Shown here: positions 26,724-34,539 of the stretch, piece by piece
Layout: every line of letters starts with the position of its first letter
How positions within the stretch are numbered: position 1 is the first letter of the stretch
Origin: Planctomycetota bacterium
GTDB lineage: Bacteria > Planctomycetota > Planctomycetia > Pirellulales > Pirellulaceae
DNA: 64,000 nucleotides
NCBI GenBank assembly: GCA_963204965.1
Contig: CAUJKA010000218.1
Span: 17,464-81,463 of the forward strand
Direction: 5' to 3'
Position numbers and translations under genes: made by a program
The notes under the pieces: model-generated
The model's input: only the letters and a program-made list of their open reading frames with translations
What the model was told of the DNA's origin: nothing
The model's database searches: none

Positions 26724-29700
26724 ATGATTACCCAGTGGTTCGTTACCAATCCTCGTCTGCTCGTGATGACTATCGTTCTGATTGTTGTCGCTGGCGTAAC
26801 GTCCTTTATCGCTCTGCCGCGAATGGAAGATCCCATTCTGACGGCGCGATTCGCTATTGTTACCACAGTGTTTCCCGGTGCATCGCCTGATAGAGTCGAA
26901 GCACTCGTTTCCAAAGGACTCGAGCAACAGCTCATCGATATCAAGGAAATTCGTGAAACCACGTCGATCAGCCGCACAGGCGTCTCAGTTTTGGTTATCG
27001 AACTCAATGAAGAGCTCAAGAAGGACCAGGTCGCCACAACTTGGGGCGTGATTCGCGAACGACTCAACGCCGCGCACGGAGTTATGCCAGAATTGGTGAT
27101 GAAGCCCAAGCTCAGAGAGCTGGATGCTAAGGCGAACGTGATGTTGGTGGCGGTTCGTTGGGACAGCCAAAGCGAACCTAGCTACTCCATTCTTCGACGT
27201 CTTGCCAAGCGATTGCAGGAACGCATCGACCTGATCCAAGGTACAGAAAAAACCTCACTCTTTGGCGATCCCGAAGAGGAATTCCTTGTCGAAGTTCAGC
27301 GAGAGAAAGCCAACAGTCTAGGTCTGAGTGCTTTTCAAATCTCCCAAATGATTTCTGGGAACGATACCAAGTTGCCAGCGGGTCGAGTCCAAGGGGCAAC
27401 CTCGGGGCTGACGCTTGAAGTGGTTGGAAACCTGGATACGAAGACTCGACTCAGCCATTTGCCAATTCGTCGAGATGTCTCGGGATCGATTGTCGAACTT
27501 GGCGATATCGCAACGGTGTCGCGAGCTACACCGGACCCTGCTCCTGCAAAAGCTTTTGCCAGTGGTAAAGCAGCAATCGTTGTTGGAGCTCAGCTGCAAG
27601 ATTCGTATCGTATCGACCATTGGCGAACCGATGCGGCCAAAACTCTGAAGGAGTTCGAAGCTGAACTGCCATCGGGAGTTGGGCTCGATGTGATGTTCGA
27701 TCAGGCTCCGTATGTCAGCGAGCGATTTGTCTCCTTGGAGCAGAACTTTTTGATGGGGTTAGTGTCCGTCTTCATCTGCACCGTGATTTGGATGAACCTT
27801 CGCAGTGCGATTATCGTTGGGGCTATGTTGCCCTTGAACTGCCTGCTCATTCTCCCAATCTTACTTGTGTTCGATATTCCGCTGCATCAAATGTCGGTTA
27901 GCGGTTTGGTCATCGCGATGGGAATGTTGGTAGATAACGCCATTGTTGTGGTCGATCACATCGAGCATAAGGTATCGCATGGCGACTCGGTCCTTGATGC
28001 CGCGCTAGACAGTTCAAAGTACCTTACCGTGCCCTTGTTGGGAGCAACGCTTACAACGGTCTTCTCATTCGCACCCATTGCGTTAATGCCTGGCGCGACC
28101 GGTGAATTCGTTGGCTCGATTGCCATGGTGACGATCATCACGGTAAGTCTGTCTTACTTTCTAGCACTGTCGGTAATTCCTGGTATTAGCTTGCTGGTAT
28201 TCAAGCCATCCAAGAAGAAAGCCAACTGGCTGACTAATCCCTTTCGCATTTCTGAGAACATCTATCGGCTTTTGCTGAGAGGACTACTTCGTTTTCCACT
28301 GTTCGGAGCACTCCTAACGGCTTCGACGGGAATTGCGGGGTTGTTTTTTGTTTTTGTACTGGAAGATCAATTCTTTCCGCCCGCCGATCGCGATCAATTC
28401 CATATCGAAGTAGATCTTGCGGCAAACGCATCAATGGCTGAGACGCAGCAACTGGCAGCCGACATTCGAAAGATTGCCTTGGACGATGAAGCTATAGAAG
28501 AAGTCCATTGGTTCATCGGCGAGAGTGCTCCTGTTTTCTACTACAACGTAGCCACAGTTCGGTCTAATCAGCCCAGTTATGGGCAAGCTATTGTGAAGTG
28601 CCGCAGCGCCAGCGTTGCCAGAGCAGCCATGTTGCGATTACAGCCCAAGTTAGTCGAGAAATTCCCACAGGCCAACATCTCGGTCCGACAACTTGAGCAG
28701 GGACCACCGTTCACCGCTCCAATTGAAGTTCGCGTGACAGGGCCAGACATCGAACGATTGAAGTCACTGGCTGCTAAGGTTCGCTTGGTATTGGGTGGCA
28801 CGCCCGGAATTACCCATACTCGCTGCGATCTGGAAGAGATCGCAACCAAGGCTCGCGTCAACATCGACCAAACTGCCTCGTATGTTGCTGGTTATGACCT
28901 TTCAACCATTGCAATGTCGTTGAACAGTTCCTTGGACGGGATCGTGGGCGGATCGATTCTGGAGGGGACCGAAGAGATTCCAGTCCGCGTTCGCATGGCC
29001 AGTAACCAACGTGGTGATCTAAATGAGATCGTGTCGTTAGAGCTGCAGGCTCAAGGTCGCGGGGAAGCCTTCCGGCATCAAGGGATTCCTCTATCAGCAA
29101 TCGCTAATCTTTCGCTATCATCGGATGTGGGATCGATTGTTCGCGTGAACCGCGTTCGTTGCGCCGATGTGCACGGCTTTCTGCCTGCTGGCGTACTTCC
29201 GTCCGTAGTTCAAAAAGAGTTTAAGGAACGGCTTGCAAAGTCGGATTTCGAATTGCCAACAGGATATCGAGTTCAGTATCTGGGAGCAGCCGGAGAGCAG
29301 CAACAAGCCTTGGGGAACCTAACCGTTTATGCCACAGTCATGGGCGCTGCATTGGTCGCTACACTGGTGCTAAGTCTCAATTCATTTCGGATGGCAGGCT
29401 TGGTCGGAATGGTCAGCCTTTTGAGCGTAGGATACAGTCTGATGTCACTAGGCTTGTTGAACCTACCATTCGGCTTCATGGCTATCATCGGTATCGTGGG
29501 CATGTTGGGTGTTGCCGTTAATGATTCAATCTTGATTGTCACATCAATTGCTCTGGATTCTAAAGGAAGTCGAGGCGATAAAAAGCAGATCATCGAAATC
29601 CTGGTGGAGAATTCGCGGCACGTACTTGTAACTAGTATTACGACAATTGCCGGGTTCTTGCCTCTTTACCTTAGCGGCGGAGACTTTTGGCCGCCGACTG

Positions 29701-29828
29701 CTGTGTGTGTTTCGATGGGTGTGGCTGGGTCTACTTTTCTAGCTTTGTTCTTCGTGCCATGTGCGTTCATCGTATTGAACCGCTGGCCATCAGTTAAACT
29801 CTTTCGTCAATCTGGCGAGTCCAAATAA
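26724..29828 (+). CDS. RND-superfamily efflux permease (AcrB/AcrD/AcrF-like)
   Basis: 1034 aa. The N-terminus MITQWFVTNPRLLVMTIVLIVVAGVTSFIALPRMEDP is typical of RND pumps. Two large periplasmic loops alternate with two TM bundles. It sits directly after the MFP. Confidence 0.9.
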   Translation: MITQWFVTNPRLLVMTIVLIVVAGVTSFIALPRMEDPILTARFAIVTTVFPGASPDRVEALVSKGLEQQLIDIKEIRETTSISRTGVSVLVIELNEELKKDQVATTWGVIRERLNAAHGVMPELVMKPKLRELDAKANVMLVAVRWDSQSEPSYSILRRLAKRLQERIDLIQGTEKTSLFGDPEEEFLVEVQREKANSLGLSAFQISQMISGNDTKLPAGRVQGATSGLTLEVVGNLDTKTRLSHLPIRRDVSGSIVELGDIATVSRATPDPAPAKAFASGKAAIVVGAQLQDSYRIDHWRTDAAKTLKEFEAELPSGVGLDVMFDQAPYVSERFVSLEQNFLMGLVSVFICTVIWMNLRSAIIVGAMLPLNCLLILPILLVFDIPLHQMSVSGLVIAMGMLVDNAIVVVDHIEHKVSHGDSVLDAALDSSKYLTVPLLGATLTTVFSFAPIALMPGATGEFVGSIAMVTIITVSLSYFLALSVIPGISLLVFKPSKKKANWLTNPFRISENIYRLLLRGLLRFPLFGALLTASTGIAGLFFVFVLEDQFFPPADRDQFHIEVDLAANASMAETQQLAADIRKIALDDEAIEEVHWFIGESAPVFYYNVATVRSNQPSYGQAIVKCRSASVARAAMLRLQPKLVEKFPQANISVRQLEQGPPFTAPIEVRVTGPDIERLKSLAAKVRLVLGGTPGITHTRCDLEEIATKARVNIDQTASYVAGYDLSTIAMSLNSSLDGIVGGSILEGTEEIPVRVRMASNQRGDLNEIVSLELQAQGRGEAFRHQGIPLSAIANLSLSSDVGSIVRVNRVRCADVHGFLPAGVLPSVVQKEFKERLAKSDFELPTGYRVQYLGAAGEQQQALGNLTVYATVMGAALVATLVLSLNSFRMAGLVGMVSLLSVGYSLMSLGLLNLPFGFMAIIGIVGMLGVAVNDSILIVTSIALDSKGSRGDKKQIIEILVENSRHVLVTSITTIAGFLPLYLSGGDFWPPTAVCVSMGVAGSTFLALFFVPCAFIVLNRWPSVKLFRQSGESK

Positions 29829-31385
29829 ATGATCAAAATACAGCCTACTGAAAACTATGATGCCATCGTGATTGGGTCAGGAATTGGCGGTATGACCGTC
29901 GCCAGCCTGTTGACTCAACTTGGCAAAAAGCGAGTGCTCTTACTTGAACGCCACTTTAAGTTGGGAGGGTACACCCATGCGTTTCGACGTGGCAAGTACG
30001 AGTGGGATGTTGGTGTGCACTACATCGGCGAAATGCATGCTGACAAGCTTTGTCGACGCGTGATGGATTTAGTCACCAATAGCCAAGTCCTTTGGCATCG
30101 CTGTGGACCAATCGTCGAGCGATTTCATTTTCCCGAAGGCACTTTTGAAGTACCCGATGATCCAGCTAAGTTTAAAGAGCGACTCATCGAGCGATTTCCA
30201 GAGGAACGCGAGAACATCATTCGTTATTTTCGAGATGTGAAACGCTGCCAAAGCTGGTTCGCACGATTTTTCATGTCGAAAATGCTGCCGCCTTTTCTCG
30301 CCAAGCTACTGACGCTCCCGGGGCGGCGATTGGCTGAAACCGTAACGGCTGATTATCTTGAGAATTTCAGTTCGCAATTCCTTAAGGGCATCCTTACCGC
30401 ACAATGGCCCGACTTTGGTGCTCCGCCGGAGGAAAGTGCGTTTGCATTTCACTCTGCTGTGACGGCAGACTTCTTTCATGGTTCGTTTTATCCCTTAGGC
30501 GGTTCCGCTGTTATTGCTGAATCGGTAGAGAAGATCGTGAACGATGGCGGTGGAGCCTGTTTGGTCAATCATGATGTTCAAGAGATCATCGTAGAGAATG
30601 GAAAAGCGGTCGGTGTGCGCGCTACGCACAAGAATCGAGAGGTCGTGTTTCGCGCTCCAGTAATCGTTTCTAACGCCAATTCGATTGCGACCTTTGGCAA
30701 GTTTGTTCCAGAGGGATACTGCAAAGCGGAGAAGGAACAGGCGAAGCGAGTCAAGCACGGAACTTCGGCTATGGCACTGTTTATCGGACTCAAGGATGAT
30801 CCTCGCAATCATGGTTTTGACGATGCCAACTACTGGTTCTATTCAAGCTCGGATCATGACAGTCAACCCTCGAAGACTCATCCATATGGGGTTCACGGAG
30901 GCTATCTATCGTTCGGTTCACTTCGCAACCCTGGCATGCAGGCCCACACGGCACAAATCGTGACTTTCAGCCAATATGACTTGTGGAAGCAATTCGCCGA
31001 CAGTCCCTGGAAACGCCGCGGCGAAGAATACGAGAAGCTCAAAGCGGAAATGACGGAGAAGATACTCCAATTCGCCGAGCGTTATGTGCCCCAGTTAAGG
31101 TCAATTATTGACTACGTCGAATTATCAACACCTGTAACGTTTGAGACATTTTCGGGACATCCTTCGGGAATGGTGTACGGGCAAATGGCCGATCCAAATC
31201 GTCTAAATCGCGATCAATGGCGGATTTCGACCAGCTTGCCCAATCTCTATCTCGCCGGAAGCGACATTGGTTCACCTGGCGTCAATGGTTCCCTAATGGC
31301 TTCGGTGTTTACAGCAGTCAAACTTTTGGGACCTTCCGCCTTCCTGAAGATCTTTGGGTCCGATAAACCTAAAAAAACGCCGTAA
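29829..31385 (+). CDS. FAD-dependent oxidoreductase of the phytoene desaturase (CrtI) / retinol saturase-like family
   Basis: The dinucleotide-binding motif is YDAIVIGSGIGGMTVASLL...LLLERHFKLGGY. WDVGVHYIGEM and the C-terminal LYLAGSDIGSPGVNG are also present. The ATG abuts the RND stop (TAAATG). Confidence 0.85.
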   Translation: MIKIQPTENYDAIVIGSGIGGMTVASLLTQLGKKRVLLLERHFKLGGYTHAFRRGKYEWDVGVHYIGEMHADKLCRRVMDLVTNSQVLWHRCGPIVERFHFPEGTFEVPDDPAKFKERLIERFPEERENIIRYFRDVKRCQSWFARFFMSKMLPPFLAKLLTLPGRRLAETVTADYLENFSSQFLKGILTAQWPDFGAPPEESAFAFHSAVTADFFHGSFYPLGGSAVIAESVEKIVNDGGGACLVNHDVQEIIVENGKAVGVRATHKNREVVFRAPVIVSNANSIATFGKFVPEGYCKAEKEQAKRVKHGTSAMALFIGLKDDPRNHGFDDANYWFYSSSDHDSQPSKTHPYGVHGGYLSFGSLRNPGMQAHTAQIVTFSQYDLWKQFADSPWKRRGEEYEKLKAEMTEKILQFAERYVPQLRSIIDYVELSTPVTFETFSGHPSGMVYGQMADPNRLNRDQWRISTSLPNLYLAGSDIGSPGVNGSLMASVFTAVKLLGPSAFLKIFGSDKPKKTP

Positions 31386-31509
31386 CATAGATGTACAGTT
31401 TCAACGTAGTGGGAATCGCCAGAATTCCTAATGCCACAGAAATCACTGAGCTGCAGGTTTTCTGACGAATTCCACTATCCCCATCAAGAGTTGAAAAGCG
31501 ACTAACTGT

Positions 31510-34500
31510 TTACTTTGCTTTCAGTTGTTCAACCAGTGCATCGAAGCTCGGATCACCACGAAGAGGCTTGAGGTCTACTTCGCTAGTGATCGCGAATGGA
31601 TCTTTCAGTCCATCAGAGATCGCTTGCGTTAGCGACGCAAACGCTTGAGTTCGCAGGAGCTCTTTTTTCTCAACATCAGCCTCTTGGTCGGATAACTGCG
31701 CTTGTGCCCGAGCTAGGTCGAGCCGAAGGTCGGGATCCTTAGCCGTGATCTTCGACAGCTCGCCAATCCACTTTTCAGCAGCCTCGCGGTTTCCGAGTCG
31801 TCCTTCAACCAGCATAAGATTCACTTTGTTGACTTGATCGGGACTGGTGTCAAACAACTCCTGTCGTAGTGCACGGGCTCGTTCAAAAAGCGCCAGTGCG
31901 TTGGAAGCTTGGCCCGCTTCGGCTCGTGCAACTCCCCAATAGTAAAGGCTATAGCTGTGAGTTCGCTTGAATGTTGCACTTTTCGAATCGAAATTGTAGT
32001 TCTGTTCAGTGAGATCATGAGCTTCGCCGATTAGTCGAACTGCATCGTCCGTTCTTCCAACGCGAAGCATGTTTTGCCCATAGTTGCGAAGCTGCAAGGC
32101 TAGTTGATCGCGAGTGTTCGTGTCGTTGGGCTGAGCTTTGTAGTTATTGCGGCGAGTCTCAAGTACTTGGTCATAGATGGGAATTGCAAGTTCCGTCTTT
32201 CCTTGTCGGTTGAGAATGTTGGCTTGGCCAGTCTTGCCGATATCAACACTTTGTTGAAAGTACGATTTAATGAGCGTTTTCCTCCCGTCAGGCATTGGTT
32301 GATACCAAGCAGCGTCTGCATTGATTTCATCCAAGACCTTTTGGCAAAGCGTCTGCACCTCCCCGAAGAGATTGGAAGCCTTATCCAGAAGTCCAGTCTT
32401 CAAGCTAGAGTTCGCGCGACGGAGCAGTGACTGTTGGAGGAGATCGGTAATCTCAAACATCTGCGGACTGCCTGGTTGCGGCCGCGGCACAGCCAACACA
32501 TCGCGAAGCAATTCCTCAGCCTCAACAACCAACTTCTCTCCTTCTGCTGGATCGCCAGTTAGACGTTGACGTACAGGTGCCATGCGAAGCAGAATTCGAG
32601 AGAGATTCACTCGCGACGCGTCACTGCGGTCTTTATCGATCAACCGTTGACGTCCCATTTTTTCAATCGTATCGAATTGCAAGCTGGCTTTTTCAAGACG
32701 ATCTAGGCTTTCCCAAGCCTCTGCAATCTTGAAACGAACGGCCATCAAAGTTGGGACCGCTTCTCCCTTGATTCCACCCGCTAGTTCGGCATCCAATTCG
32801 TCCCACTTCTTTTCGAGCACTTCCAAGAGACCGATACGCAACTCGGCCGTACCGGGCTGTTTCGCCATTCGCTCATCGACTTCTGTAATGAAGAACTGGA
32901 TGTTTTGAAGCGAGAGCATTGCTTGGCGTTCCGCGATCTTTTCGTTGGCTTCAGCCCGAGCTTTAGCTTCGTTGGCAAGAATGCGTTGGCGTTCGGCTTC
33001 TTCCTTTTCTTGCTGAGCCTTTTCCTCATTAGCAACAGCGACCAAGCGTTGTTTGTCCGCTTCCTGTCGCTGCTTGTTGGCTTCATCGCGTTGAGTATTC
33101 GCATTGTCTCGCTCGTCCGCGATGGTTACAGCCTGAGCCGATATCTGTAGAAATGACCAAGTTGAGATAACTGCGGTCGCAACTAGCAGCATCGTAGCTA
33201 GGGCAGAGGGTGCTGCTACCAGCGGATTGCGTTTACACCATCTCCACGCTCGTTCGAATTTGCTCACTGGTCTGGCGATAATCGGTTCACCGCGAAGGAA
33301 TCGCCCCAGATCGTCTGCCATCTCATCACAGTTGGCGTATCGTTTGTCGGGCGTCTTTTGCAACGCTTTGAGGCAAATGGTATCGATATCTACAGGCATT
33401 TTCTCCTGAAGTTGACAGGGTGGTACAGGCTCCTTGTGAACCACTTGCGAGATCGTGTCAAACGCCTTCGTTCCCAAGAACGGCGGTCGCCCTGTTAGCA
33501 ATTCATACAACAGCGCACCCAATGAATACTGATCGCTGGCAGGAGACAGCTCGTCGACCAACCCTTGAGCCTGCTCGGGAGACATATAACTGGGCGTCCC
33601 CATGATCGTCCCAGCTTTAGTACTGAGCGAATCTTCGTCGTCGAGTTGCTTGGCGAGTCCAAAGTCTGTAACTTTGGGCTGTTGATCTTTGGTCAAGAGA
33701 ATATTGGCTGGCTTGATATCTCGATGCAAGATCCCCCGATCGTGGGCGTACTGCATGGCACGGCAAATCTTCTCAGCAATCTTCGCGGCTTCGCGAGGCG
33801 GCAAAGGCTTGCCTCCGAGCAAGTGATCCAAGCTTACGCCATCAACAAACTCAAGGGAGAAGTAAGGCAGTCCCTGATGTTCGCCAACCTCAAAGACCTG
33901 GACAATATTTGGGTGTTGCAGTTGAGCTACAGCCCGAGCCTCGGCTTGAAAGCGTGTAAGTTGATTCTTTGAGGCATGGTTACCTGCAAGCACCATCTTG
34001 AGAGCAACATCGCGATTGAGCGCAGCTTGTCTCGCGAGATAAACGACTCCCATCCCGCCGCGACCAAGCTCTTTCTTGATCTGATAGTTGCCTACAGTTT
34101 CGGGAAGAGGCAGTTCGCTTGCCTGGCTGCCTCCTGATCGGACAGTGTTGCGTTGCGTAGGGCGCTGGGTCCCATGCGGATTGGCCGTTGCGCCACTTAC
34201 GCTAAACTCCCCAGTCGCATCGTTAGCAGCAACTGTTCCCGTCGCTTTCGACGATTCCACGCTAAACTCGCCGGTCTCTTGACCCTTCAGATCGACTGTT
34301 AGATTTGCAAGATCGATCTGCGATTCTGACGAGCTTGAACTCGTTGCTAGGGAATCTACTTGAGTCGCCCCAGCAGGCTGCACGATCGTCTCCTGCAGTC
34401 CGCGCGGGTCCATCGAATCCGATGGATTCTCTACGCTACGCTGGGGTGGAAGCTTGCCGCTATTGGCATCGTCCGCTACTCGAAGGCGAGTAGCATTGGG

Positions 34501-34536
34501 GTTGGAATTATCTTCAGGCATTGTGTTTGGAGCCAT
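31510..34536 (-). CDS. Membrane Ser/Thr protein kinase with extracytoplasmic coiled-coil and TPR-like domain
   Basis: Hanks kinase motifs are present: GRGGMGVVYLA, VALK, HRDIKPANILL, DFGLAK, GTPSYMSPEQ. These are followed by the TM helix VAAPSALATMLLVATAVISTW, a Lys/Glu/Gln/Ala-rich coiled coil, and about 450 aa of TPR-like helical repeats. The start lies 3 nt after the stop of the giant gene. Confidence 0.9.
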   Translation of the reverse strand: MAPNTMPEDNSNPNATRLRVADDANSGKLPPQRSVENPSDSMDPRGLQETIVQPAGATQVDSLATSSSSSESQIDLANLTVDLKGQETGEFSVESSKATGTVAANDATGEFSVSGATANPHGTQRPTQRNTVRSGGSQASELPLPETVGNYQIKKELGRGGMGVVYLARQAALNRDVALKMVLAGNHASKNQLTRFQAEARAVAQLQHPNIVQVFEVGEHQGLPYFSLEFVDGVSLDHLLGGKPLPPREAAKIAEKICRAMQYAHDRGILHRDIKPANILLTKDQQPKVTDFGLAKQLDDEDSLSTKAGTIMGTPSYMSPEQAQGLVDELSPASDQYSLGALLYELLTGRPPFLGTKAFDTISQVVHKEPVPPCQLQEKMPVDIDTICLKALQKTPDKRYANCDEMADDLGRFLRGEPIIARPVSKFERAWRWCKRNPLVAAPSALATMLLVATAVISTWSFLQISAQAVTIADERDNANTQRDEANKQRQEADKQRLVAVANEEKAQQEKEEAERQRILANEAKARAEANEKIAERQAMLSLQNIQFFITEVDERMAKQPGTAELRIGLLEVLEKKWDELDAELAGGIKGEAVPTLMAVRFKIAEAWESLDRLEKASLQFDTIEKMGRQRLIDKDRSDASRVNLSRILLRMAPVRQRLTGDPAEGEKLVVEAEELLRDVLAVPRPQPGSPQMFEITDLLQQSLLRRANSSLKTGLLDKASNLFGEVQTLCQKVLDEINADAAWYQPMPDGRKTLIKSYFQQSVDIGKTGQANILNRQGKTELAIPIYDQVLETRRNNYKAQPNDTNTRDQLALQLRNYGQNMLRVGRTDDAVRLIGEAHDLTEQNYNFDSKSATFKRTHSYSLYYWGVARAEAGQASNALALFERARALRQELFDTSPDQVNKVNLMLVEGRLGNREAAEKWIGELSKITAKDPDLRLDLARAQAQLSDQEADVEKKELLRTQAFASLTQAISDGLKDPFAITSEVDLKPLRGDPSFDALVEQLKAK

Positions 34537-34539
34537 GTT

